A DNA stretch of 64,000 bases from Eledone cirrhosa (lineage: Eukaryota), in contig OZ024741.1 of the NCBI GenBank assembly GCA_964016885.1, positions 228,594,001-228,658,000 on the forward strand. Reading direction: 5' to 3'. Positions 26,251 to 38,474 of the stretch are shown here, one piece after another (the stretch's first letter is position 1; each line of letters opens with the position of its first letter). The notes beneath the pieces are model-generated. The model was given only the letters and a program-made list of their open reading frames with translations, made no database searches and was not told the origin of the DNA. Both the position numbers and the translations under genes were made by a program.

Positions 26251-26404
26251 TTAATTGATCACAAGAACAACTATTTTATTAATATTTGAATTTAATATTA
26301 ATAACTCTGGAAAATATTTTACTGTAGAGTGCTTTCAATCTACTGTAAAACTAATTCTTTGATGTACTCATTGAATCTTGTTTAACTCTTTAAAAAAAAC
26401 AGAA

Positions 26405-26529
<125 letters not shown>

Positions 26530-27204
26530 AGAAAAGGGAGAGAGAGAGAGAAAGACAGAAAGAAAGAAAGGGAGAGACCGAGAGAGAGAACCTTGTAATT
26601 ACCATTATTTGGCGATTATTATTCATTTGGATTAATTTTTATTTAATTTAATTTATTTATATATATATTTCTATATTTATTTGTTTGCAACATAAAAGAG
26701 GTTGAAGGAGGGTCAGTCTTTAACAAACTGACAAGGAAGCTTTTGTTGGAGTTTATATAATATACATCGTCAAACCTTTATTTCCCCTCCACCAAACCCC
26801 ATAGCCTCCGCCCCCTAACTCTAAATTTGTATATATAGCTTCTATTCTGTTAATTATTATGACGTGTGCATATATATAATAAATGTTTAAGTATATATTA
26901 TATGAATAGAACTACACACACGCACACGAACATATTTTGCGCGTGCATGTACGTATACATATATATATATATGTATGTATGTGTGTGTGTGTGTGTGTGT
27001 TTGTATGTGTGTGTGTGTGAAGTATGTATGTTTATATATAGAGAGACAGAGTGAGAATAGAGAGATATACATACTTACATACATACATACATATACACAC
27101 GTATATATAGATATATAACTCTGATTTTGCGTTTCGTTTCGCTTTTTCTACCCGCCGAAATGCGATTCTCGCTGAATTTATATATATATATATATATATA
27201 AGCA

Positions 27205-27399
27205 AAAGTGATAATTTGTTGGTAATTCAACAAATATAAATGTTTATAACTGATTCAAGTTTTCTGGAGTATATTCTATTATATATATTTCAAGCGTACC
27301 AAAACTTTGGTACGCTCTCATCCGATAAAATACAAAGTTTGTTTTATAAATATCGACATAACCAGGAAGAACTTAACGGTTCAAGTTTTTCCTGGATAC

Positions 27400-27400
<1 letters not shown>
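27205..27400 (-). mobile_element. Solo PLE terminal fragment (same family as 18750-21310) with hammerhead 27271-27333, core mutated to CGGATGA
   Basis: High identity to 18800-18912; stem II gagcgtacca/tggtacgctt; (TA)n on both sides. Confidence 0.8.
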
Positions 27401-27442
<42 letters not shown>

Positions 27443-27446
<4 letters not shown>

Positions 27447-30400
27447 TTAAAACAATGAAATAAAAATTACGATCGTTTCTAGGTGATAATAATACATCGT
27501 ACGCATATTTCGTTATCGATCTATGTAAGGTTAGTTACAAAATATCAAAAAAGGAATATATTTATCTACGTGAAAATCATCAGCCGTTGTCAAAAGCAAT
27601 GAACATTTTATTCAAAATCAATAGTAAATTGAGTTATATGACCTTATTTGGAGGTAGCTGATGAACAAACCAATCAAATGGTGTTTTGCCATATGATGTT
27701 AAAATGAAATATAACTCACTTTAGTTAAGGTCATGACCTTTTGAAAGAAATGGTTGAATGGTGTTAAAAATAGAATTACTATGAAGAACCTATGAAGAAA
27801 AGGGATTGTTGTATTAATAGTGGAATGTAGATGGTGGAGTGAAGTTTAAAAAGGGATGTAAAAATTATATGTTGAGTTGTGTTGTATGGAGTTTTTAGGT
27901 GAATATAAATAAAGAAATCTAAAATATACGGAAATAACTAGGATAAATATAGATAGGTAAAGTAATGGTCATAACTAGGAAGGATAGTATATTAACAGAT
28001 GAAAATTATAATAAGTTAATAAAATACAATAATATAATAATATAATATAATTGTTTCTACTTCTGGCACAAGGCCAGCAATTATCTCAGTGTATTACTGG
28101 TACTTTATTTTATCGACCCCGTAAGGATGAAAGGCAAAGTTATAATATAATGTAATATAATATAGTGCATTATGGTACATTGTATATAGTATAGTATAGC
28201 GTATGATGTATCAATATAAAATAGTAAATATTTTCAAGTGGGTCTATGTATAAGTAATCAATCCCAGATAAATGCATGTTGACATATAGCCAAAACGCAT
28301 AATTTTCTTAGATCACAAAAGTACATATACTCACACATATATAGATAGAGGTATAATTACACATATACTCCATTAAAAACATACATACGCTTACATAGTA
28401 ATATACATACACATACATATACGCACACATACATATATATTTATATATATATATATATATATATATACATACATATATATACATATATATATACATACAC
28501 ATACATGTACATACACATATACACACACATACACATACACACACACACATATATATATATTCTCTTATCATACATACATAGATATATACCCATGCAATTA
28601 CAGGTGGTTATGTACCTTAATGCCTTAGTCAGTAACGCATGAATCAATGGAAGTTTAAAATTAAAAGGTGAACAAATTAACAGGAAGGCGTATTATTAGG
28701 AAAAGGGGATACTAACAAAAATGTACGTCACATAGAACTATACTGAGCTGCTATTTAGAATGTTTAATTAGGTTTATAGTACTTAAATGTTTTTCGTATA
28801 CGGTGATTACAAGCTATAATCAGTTCATTTCTTTTATTCAATAAATCGTCCTTAGATTTAGTAATTTCCAAGATCTCTCCGGAACATAATCTGCATTCTC
28901 TCCTCTTCCCAAGATATAGAGTTTTTTTGTAGAATGGTATCCCACGATAGCTTGAAATCTATTTTTTTTATAGTTATTTACTGCTTCAGCTAAAGATGTG
29001 GTGTTAGCTAGTTTAGTATTGTTAAAGCTACTGGAGTGTGCGTAATATCTTTTCTTAAATGTGTTCGATGTAGATCCTATATACGATTTGTTGGAGTCAG
29101 TAGTAGACACAGTGCATTTATATATTACATTATTAATCAAACAGTTGTCATTTAAGGGGCAAACGCTTCTATTTCTGCAATTACAACCATACGTAAGATG
29201 GTTGTTGGAGGTACCTACATAATTCTCATTAATCCTAGAGCTATTCTTATTGTAATTAGTGTTAGACAGAGAATAAGTGCTGCTTTGTGGGTAATTTAGT
29301 GCTGGGGTTGTATTGTGATTTTGTGTTGGTGATTTGGGTGGTTGTGTTTTCCAGGTCGAAGAATTGTATTATTTGTCCTTTTAAAAGGTGCAGTCTTATT
29401 TAAATTATCTTGTGGTGGTGTGGTCATATTATTTTTAAATTCATAAATGTTGTAGTTGCTTATTTTCTGTTGGAGATTGTTTGATGTAGAGTATGAGAAT
29501 TTAACAGTATACCTGTTAAATATTTGGTGGTATCTGTGGTTTGGTGGAAAATGTTTATGTAAAATTTCGAAGAATTTTTGGGGGATTTGCCCAATAGTTT
29601 GCAGGTTGAAGGGTGCGTTGTACCATGTTATGTTTCTTTTGCGGTTTTTAGTTAAGTTCTTATTCTCACTTATATTAATGTGCTGTGTTCTAGAAGAATT
29701 CCTATGGTTAGTATTTGTATTTGTGGATTTTGATAAATTGCATGTTTGTATTTGGTGTTATTATTGGGTAGATTATGAGAGGTTGAATGTTTGGTAGTCA
29801 TATGTGAGTTGTTAACATTGGTCATAGATTGTGTAGTAATAGTTGTGGTTTTTCGGTTGTTTCGTGTGATAGGAATGACCCCATTAGGCATTTGTTTCGA
29901 TGGCATGTTTTGGTGTTTGTAGTTTTTGCTGGGTTTTGTAGTATGGTCCAGTGTAGTGTTGGGGATATATGAAATTGTTTCTTTATATCCACTTCTAGTT
30001 AAGGCCTCGTTGTAGAAGGGTGCATTTTTATAAAATATATCCTCATTGGAAGATAATTTAGAAAGTCTAAGAGATATGTTATATACTAAGTTTTTAGTAT
30101 AGAGCCAGGGTGGTTAGAGCGTGAATGTACATAGTGTAGATTCTGGTTGGGTTTGTGGTAAGGTTGATAAATATTCGTAGAGAGGTCTAAGGTAATGTCA
30201 AGGAAGTTAGCTACTTTTTCAAAGGTGATATTAAGGTTGTAATAGTCCTTGAGGAATTTTCTAGTTTGTTTTTGGTTTTTCTCTATATTAGAATTGCTAA
30301 GATTGTTAGATATCAATAGACAATCATCCAGATAAAAACCACCTTTGAGGTGGGGAAAAGAGGAATGAATATTATAGAGGAGAAATATTCCAACGAGGTC

Positions 30401-32280
30401 TGTAACTTGAGCAGAGTCCATGGATCCCATCGTTATATCGAATAAGTTGTTATATTTGTTTCTTGTCCAGTGTTCTTCTTGGAAGTTTAGTATGGTTTTT
30501 CTAGCGTGTGTTATGATGTTAATTTCCTCAGTAGATAAATCCGATCTATTTCTTGCGAAAATCAGTGCTTTGTTTAAGAGAATTGGAGAAATCGAAGAAT
30601 AGTAAGAATCGATGTCGAATTGTATGAATGAATCTGAGTTTTTATTCTCGATGTTAGTGAACCATTCAATAACCTGGGAAGTGTTATCCCATAATGGAAG
30701 TGTTACAAATTTTCTAATCTGCGGGATGATTCGATCAATAATTTTGTTGCTGATAGTACCGATATCAGATTTTGATGGGCATATCAGTCTAATAGATGGG
30801 TTCGAATTAAAGTCAGATTTGTGGTCCTTCAGGTTGAAGTGTGGGCTTTTAGGTGTGAATGGCTCTGTCCTATCTTCAATATGGAGTTTTTTTTTACTAT
30901 ATCGCATGATGTGTTGTTCAAGGATGTCAGTGCGGTGGTGCTGGTTTTCTTGTAGTTTTTTTCTAAGTTCTTTATAAATGAACTGGTTATATTTATCGAT
31001 GTCCATATGGTACATATTACCAGTTTTGTCAGAATGGACCTGGACCTTGTTTGAATTTTTCAGTTGCAGAAGGGTAGAGCCTAATTCCTTTTGGAATTCA
31101 GATTTGTGTATCCTGAACTTTATGTTTTTAATCATGTTCAGTAGGGCGCTCTCAAAATTTTCAAGTTGAATATTATGAAGAGGATTTTTTTATGTGTTGA
31201 ATCCATAGCGGTACTTTTTTTTCATTTGTATTGGTTTTGTTGTCAAAATGATAGGCTTTACATCGCATTCTCCTAATAAACTGGTTAGGTTTTTGTATGA
31301 GCAGGAGTAGATATTCGTCTTTAGGTGGAATCGGAATATTCTTCAACGATGTACCCAAATATTGTTTTTCCATTGTGATGCAGGAATTAGATAAAAGAAG
31401 AGCTCAACTAAATATTATAATCACAGAAGTGGAGACAGGTAGGAAAAAATATATTGAAGGAGCAAGATGCACAGAAATATCCACAGTTAGGTGTGGGGTC
31501 TAGTCTGCATGTAGAACTCAATGTAATCCATATGTTGAAAATGTGGTAGGTTAAAATAAATCCCGGAAAACAATAAAACATCAAAAGGAAAACAGAGTCA
31601 TGATATAAGTTAAAACAATGAAATAAAAATTCAAGTCATTAGGAATATACTTCACTGTTTTATGATCGTTTCTAGGTGATAATAATACATCGTACGCATA
31701 TTTCGTTATCAATCTATGTAAGGTTAGTTACAAAATATCAAATAAGGAATATATTTACCTACGTGTATATAATCAGCCGTTGTCAAAAGCAATGGAAATT
31801 TTATTCAAAATCAATAGTAAATTGAGTCCTACGACCTTATTTGGCGGTAGCTGAAGAACAAACCAATCAAATGGTGTTTTGCCATATGATGTTAAGACGA
31901 AATATAACTCACTTTTGAAAGGAATGGTTGAATGGTGTTAAAAATAGAATTACTATGAAGAACCTATGAAGAAAAGGGATTGTTGTATAGATAGTGGAAT
32001 GTAAATGGTGGAGTGAAGTTTAAAAAGGGATGTAAAAATTATATGTTGAGTTGCGTTGTATGGAGTTTTTAGGTGAATATAAATAAAGAAATATAAAATA
32101 TACGGAAATAACTAGGATAAATATAGATAGGTAAAGTAATGGTCATAACTAGGAAGGAAAGTATATTAAAAGATGAAAATTATAATAAGATAATAAAATA
32201 CAATAATATAATAATATAATATGATGTAATATAATATAGTGCAATATGGTACATTGTATATAGTATAGTATAGCGTATGA
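27443..32280 (-). mobile_element. Near full-length Penelope-like element (Hydra-type) with direct pseudo-LTRs 27443-28206 and 31606-32280
   Basis: Direct repeats of ~680 bp flank a frameshifted RT plus GIY-YIG ORF; inserted next to (TA)n. Confidence 0.92.
28790..31373 (-). pseudogene. Disrupted PLE reverse transcriptase-GIY-YIG endonuclease ORF
   Basis: SLKNIPIP..EY...FIRRMR.KA; SDKTGNMY; LKDHK..F..NPSIRLICPSKSDIG; FIQFDIDSYYSSI; FDITMGSMDSAQVTDLVG; FYLDDCL; NFLDITLDL; VIYKCTV...YIGSTSNTFKKRY. Confidence 0.92.
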
Positions 32281-32393
32281 GTTCAAATCCAGCCAATGTT
32301 AACTTTGCCTTTCATCCTTACGGGGTCGATAAAATATAGTACCAGTAATGTACTGGGTAATTGCTGGCCTTGTGCCAAAAGTAGAAACAATTA
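32278..32393 (+). mobile_element. tRNA-derived SINE, 5'-truncated (another partial copy at 28047-28142, minus)
   Basis: B-box to tail matches the family. Confidence 0.82.
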
Positions 32394-32418
32394 TATATAT
32401 GTGTGTGTTTGTGCGTGT

Positions 32419-32468
<50 letters not shown>

Positions 32469-32674
32469 CAGGAGTGAAGTATAACCCCGCTCGATTGTAC
32501 AGTAGGGTTTATTCCAAGTATTAACAAATGTTTCATTAGTCCAGTGTGTCTATATATATCTATATTAAAATGTTATTTCTCTCTAATACTTAGACACCTC
32601 AATAAATGGATAAAATATATATAAAATATCACACTCAGAGAAGTAATTTAACATATTAAAATTTAGAACCCAAA

Positions 32675-34978
32675 TCTATATATATAAAGGGACGATGGAC
32701 ATTGTTTAGTGTACCGAACTTGCCTGCTACACCGTTCATCCAATTTTATGAAACCTCACACATATATAAAACTCAACGCGTAGAGTGGAATAGGCTACTT
32801 GAAATTTTCGAAAAATCGATAATCGGGCCCTATGACAGAATGTTTTTCGATTCCAATGAAATTTTATGTGAATTCGAACACAAGAACTCTTAGTTTACAT
32901 CTGGCGCAATAAAAATAAATTTCATATGCCCATATAAGGACGTGCGTTATTGATTGGACGGCCAGCTGCATGTCTTCTCAGCTGTCTCAGTAAACGACCG
33001 ACCATTAAAGAGTTTCTTTTCATATTCCACCTTATTCAAGTGGAAATACAGTATTATACCTATCTGAAAAGGGAACCAAATTTAATGGTGTCTTTTGTGA
33101 ACCTAAAAGCTGTGAGTAAATTTTCAAACAGTCTTAAATAATCATGCTTTTTGAAAAAATCTAATGGCATTTTTTGTTCAGCTTACGACTAAATGTTATG
33201 AGCGTATTTGCAATTAATTGCGCACACGTGCACACCTGCATGCAGATAGACACTGACAGCCAATAAAAAATCGATAACTTGCTTATTAAGATATCGGTCA
33301 AAAAGAGAGATTGAATGTACTTTAGAACATTTTTTGAATATATTGTTCTTTTTGGCATGATATGTTAGAAATATAGCTACTATACACTTTGGTTATTTTT
33401 TGTAACTAAAAAACGGTTCCTTTTGGGTGGATACTTAACGAGAAAAATCCTAGGGTTTGGGACAAGTTTGTTTCAGGCGCTGTATAGACGCCTATTTTGT
33501 CACACCTTGGTCATGAATTCGTATTCTTTTCCAATAGATATTTTCCGCTCTATAAGGCTCACCAGGATATAAGGCGTATCATTTAAAATCAGGTCCGCGC
33601 AACGGCGTGTAAGGCCAACCAGAAAATGCTATCTTCTTTACTTTTAGTCTAGATCTATTACTTCTGTTAGAGCCGTGATTGATTACCATTGTAATATTTA
33701 TACATAAGGCTCACCGGAGTATAAAGCGCAGAGCTGTTTTTTGATTAAATTTAATTATTTTAAGTGCAATTTATAGACGGGAAAATTCGGTAAGTTATTG
33801 TAATCATATTTCCAAACCTTCCCATTCACCAGTAACCATGCTAACGAATCTGGTGTCATCTCTCTCTGTATTTAATCACCTCTCTCTAACCTAACAGCTT
33901 CGTTACACGTCGTTATGCCCACACGGAAACGTTCAAGACTTACCTCCAAAAAAGGTACAGCTATTGCTTTGAGACAACGAATTAGGCGTTCTCAGGTATG
34001 AGTTCATTCACAATTGATTAATCCTTTATGTAATAGTCTCCCTTAATGTTAGCAAGTACTGCGTTTATCCTAACTGTCAACACTTTTAAGCAACTACAAC
34101 ATTCTAATCGTAGTTATATTAAATTTATTGTCTTACCTTGATTCCCTTTTGTTCATGTTAGACTTTTCTCATTTACTATTGACACTGCCATTGGCTTAGC
34201 TAACCAGTAGAATTAATTAATTTTCTCTAGGAAACACCTGCTGAGCGCGAATCTCGACTCGCTGATAGACGTCTTTCCCGGCTGGTTGAGTCACCAACAT
34301 CACGTACGACAAGGCTTGCTGATGTTCGCCTTCGTCGCCAACAAGCGCTGACGGAGGAATCACCAACATCCCGTCAGACGAGGCTTGAGACTGTGGCAAA
34401 GGGCAATAACCCTAGATACAATTTTGATCAACTTGTTTTCACCTATAGCAAATTTACCGGGACAGGTTTTTAGCTACGCAAATCTACTTCAGAGATCACG
34501 CATTGATGTAAAAGATCAATAAAACTGAAGCGGGGCTCGACTTTGTGCAAAAAAACAAGACAAAGTTACACATGGGAAAACTTTTTATAGGAACGTCCTA
34601 TATTCTTGAAAACTGTCACAAAAGACTCGCCATTATGCCGCGGTTAAGATAAAGGCCCTTTTAATTCTTCTTCTGCACATTTGAGCGCAAAAATTGTAAA
34701 AAAAAAAAACCCTGAAAATAATCGACATTTTCAGCCTGCTTTAAATTAACTGAACATTCAATATCAAGCGATTTTGACTTCCGTCAGTCGTGCAGAGAAC
34801 AATTTCAACGATACACTGTGTAACTACAATTAATAAATTACACACCTGTGTCTACTAACCTATTTTTTTCCCTTGAAGTTCGAAGTTTTGAACCTGTGAT
34901 GCGCGGGAAGTAACTTTCACACATTCTAACAGATCAAAGGTCGACTTACACCCGGGCAACGCCGGGTACTTCTGCTAG
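32675..34978 (+). mobile_element. Non-autonomous Helitron
   Basis: 5' A|TCTATATATATAAAG; 3' hairpin CCCGGgcaacgCCGGG (34951-34966) then CTAG|T; no TSD. Pairing of the two ends is inferred. Confidence 0.75.
33537..33791. mobile_element. Nested Tc1/mariner-pogo-like MITE remnant
   Basis: Left ATTTTCCGCTCTATAAGGCTCAC versus right GTGCAATTTATAGACGGGAAAATTCGGTA (imperfect TIR); internal repeat TAAGGCTCACC..TATAA. Confidence 0.5.
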
Positions 34979-35272
34979 TATTATAATAAGGCAGACCGAC
35001 TAAAATAAGTTTGTCTAACTCATATAATCGCTTCCTTACCATGGTTTCTAGAATAAAGAAACAATATTAATTATTTCAGATCATTGGAGCAATGAATATT
35101 GGAAGAACTATCATGAGGGGAGAATTCTTTAAAATAAGAGGAGATATTGATCATAAAGTATACAGACCATTTCGTTGCTGAAACCGCTTGTCGTCCAACA
35201 CGTTGCATTGTCGAACTACTAAATGATGAACTAATCTCTCACTCTCTATATTAGGACAATACGACAGGCTTA

Positions 35273-35364
<92 letters not shown>

Positions 35365-36505
35365 GAGAGAGAGAATAGCTTTCACCGTATTTTTTTACTA
35401 AAGAAATGTTAGCCTGATAATGGGGTTTAGAACCCTCAGATAAATGGAAAAAGATGAGTATTGATGTACATGGGAGTCGAACCCACATCTTGGTTTTCCA
35501 TACCACTGTGCTACCATTACACCAACACAGTATCGGTAGTCTCCCTTCGTATGCCTCTCACCACCACCACAATCTTAACAGACACACAGACACAGAAAAC
35601 AGATAATGACCGTAACACAGTAGTAAGGGAAGGTAATGGGATTGAAATAAGAAGGGAGACTACCGATACTGACAGAGAAAATAACCAGGACGAACACATA
35701 ATAAAATAACGAGTACGAACACACAAAATTGAGTATATAAGATCACTGAGCCAGAGGAAAGAGACAGGAGTAATAATGAGAGACATAGAAACAACCATGA
35801 GGCTGTTGGTGAAAATAGAAATAGAAAAAACACAACTAACAATAACAACAGCAATAGTAGACATAAAGCAGCAGCCTGGAATTCTACTTTTTATAACCCT
35901 TCGGATATGTCCTTCGACCTACGATGAGACCAGTCCACGACTTTAGCTTATAACAAACGCACGCAATTGCCGTTGCAGGTCGATGAACAAACAGATGCCC
36001 AATTTAGTATAGCTAGATCTAAACTTAGAAATATTATAGTACAGTATAGCAAGAAGCAAGAATGGAGGCCCAGCAACTTGGAAAAAAATCTGCAAATGGC
36101 TTGCATTAGCTCATGCAGCCTTCACGTAATGGAGAGATTGTATGCTTTCCAACAGACAAGTCTGGCAGAATGTCGGTTGACAGTCTGTAAAACTACATCC
36201 AGGCAATGCAACCCCACATCAATAACACAAGAGAAGTAACACCACAAGATCATGAGGATAGGGAGAAAACCCTCAATGCTCATATGATGATGTTGACAAA
36301 TATAATGCAGACCAATAAACGGACTGCGAACAACTTCCAGGCCTGGAACAATGACGTGCCAGCGTTGTATGGGCTTTGAAAAGACCATAAGACGAACAGT
36401 GACCCAGTCACAGGACCACCAACACGGCCAGTCTGTGGAGCTAACATTGCTAGTAACTACAGACTTTCCTACTTCCTCTCCCTGATCATACGCCCCATCA
36501 TTGAA

Positions 36506-37159
36506 ATGTCCCCGGATATATGTGACAGCACGGAGGACCTCCTCAGCAGAATCAGCGAAAATAACCGATCTAGGGACCTAACAGACTGTATAATAGGTAG
36601 TATGGATGGTGTGTCCCTATATCCATCCATTCACGTGGATTTTGCTGTGGAGAAATGCGTTGAAATGATCAGTGAGAGCAATGTTGAATTCCGTGGGATT
36701 GGTACCAGTGAGATGGGACTCCTACTTAAACTTACTTATAGTAATGATTATCTAGATACATATGACCTTAGCAACCTCTGCCCCACAAGACCAGCAAGAG
36801 GCAGACCACCTACCATTACCTCAATGGCCAAGAAAACCCACACAGAAAGATGGAACGGATGGACCAGAGCCATACGGACCGCCGAAAACCACGATGAAGT
36901 AAAGAAAATGATTGCACATGCGGTGGGGGCCAGTATAAAACTAACCCTTAAGGAACATATGTTCAAATTTAATGGAAAAACATATGCCCAAGAGGAGGGA
37001 GCAGCCATTGGTGTTAGCATTGCAGGTGACATAGCTAACCTATTCATGGTATGGTGGGACAATAAACTTAAAGAACAATTAGAAGACAGAAACCTAACCC
37101 TGATAATGTACTCTCGCTACGTTGATGATATAAACATCGTAGTAAAAACACCCCACTAG
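36506..37159 (+). pseudogene. PLE reverse transcriptase core fragment
   Basis: 217-aa ORF with SMD..SLYPSI and YVDD; stops and frameshifts on both sides. Confidence 0.9.
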
Positions 37160-38431
37160 AGAACAGTCAGGAATTAGAGAAAAATAGCATGGAAAGCATC
37201 CAGCAAATAGCTAACCCCATCCACCAGAGTATTAGAGTTACTATCGACTACCCAAGCAAACACCCCAACCATCGATTATCTATACTAGACACAGAGCTCT
37301 GGTTAGAAACCATTAATAACAAAAAACAAATCCTCCATTCCCATTATGCCAATCCCATGATTTCCAAATATCTGATCCACCGAAACTCAGCTGTTTCGGA
37401 TCACACCAAAATCAACATACTGATTGCGGATTTAGTACGGGTGATGAGAAACGTGTCCCACATGTGCAACCCCAAAGAACTAGAGAAACATATACAACAC
37501 TTCATCCACCGTATGGAGTTCTCTGGTTACAATCAGAGAGATAAAATCAGAGTATATCGAGGAGCCAGAACGAAAGGGTAAAAATGGTAAATAATGATAC
37601 AAATGGGACCTGCCCCTTGTATAGGATCACATTTTGGAATAGAATAGAAAGAACTAGGAATAAGGTTAAGAGAATAAACTCATGGTATGATAGCAATAAA
37701 TACCAAAGTGTAATGTTCATCAATACAACCCCTAGAGGTGAATTAGTTTACAAATTTAGAAGGGCCCTAGATAAACTTAAACTCAATATTAAGATAGTAG
37801 AAAGACCAGGTACCTCCATAAAAACACTTATTAGTAATACATACCTTTTTTAAAGACCTCCCTGTATAGATAAGAAATGCATAATCTGTAAAATAAGCCC
37901 CCATATTAACTGTAAAACTAGAAACATAGTTTATAGCATAAGATGTACTGAAGGATAATGTAAAAATAAGAATATAGTGTACATAGGTGAGACAGCTCGT
38001 AGTATAGGAGAACGGTTAAATGAATACTGGCGAGAGCTTCAAGATAGAAAAGAATCATCGATACTCCACCAACATGCTAAAATAGAACATGAGGGCAAAT
38101 TAGAGAACATAGAAATAAAAATAAAATCTACACACAGAAAAGACGCAATGTTTAGACAAATCACAGAGGCAATAAACATAAATGAACTCCAACCAAAATT
38201 AATAGAAAATATGAATGGAATAGCAACATAACAACTTACAATTAAGGACAAAATGAAAACACACACGCACATAGAACAAACAACCAACCAGTAACATGTA
38301 AATAAACAAATAAAAACACACACAGAGACCCGGATGTAACACATACGCAAACTAAGCACACAACACACACAAAAACAAGATGGCGTAGGACAGAACAAAG
38401 GAGAGGCACAAAACAAAGAAAATAATCTCCA

Positions 38432-38474
38432 GTCACTGAAGAGGTCACAGAACGTGTGACGAAAGAACTTTGAC
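38432..38474 (+). ncRNA. Minimal hammerhead in the Neptune-like 3' repeat
   Basis: gtca-CTGAAGA-g-gtcaca-gaacg-tgtgac-GAAA-gaac-TT-tgac. Confidence 0.65.

Larger units (their letters stand above)
25952..26298. repeat. ~345-bp palindrome of two divergent PLE-type termini
   Basis: Arms about 25952-26117 and 26133-26298 are reverse complements. Confidence 0.92.

Noticed and set aside
27631-27718. Possible type III hammerhead on the plus strand of the pLTR (gagttata...CTGATGA...GAAA-tataactc)
   Set aside because: Triplet would be AUG, there are extra nucleotides before the core, stem II does not close, and pairing is lost in the second pLTR copy.
33799-34420. Solo LTR (TG...CA) inside the Helitron
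   Set aside because: No target-site duplication or terminal inverted repeat.
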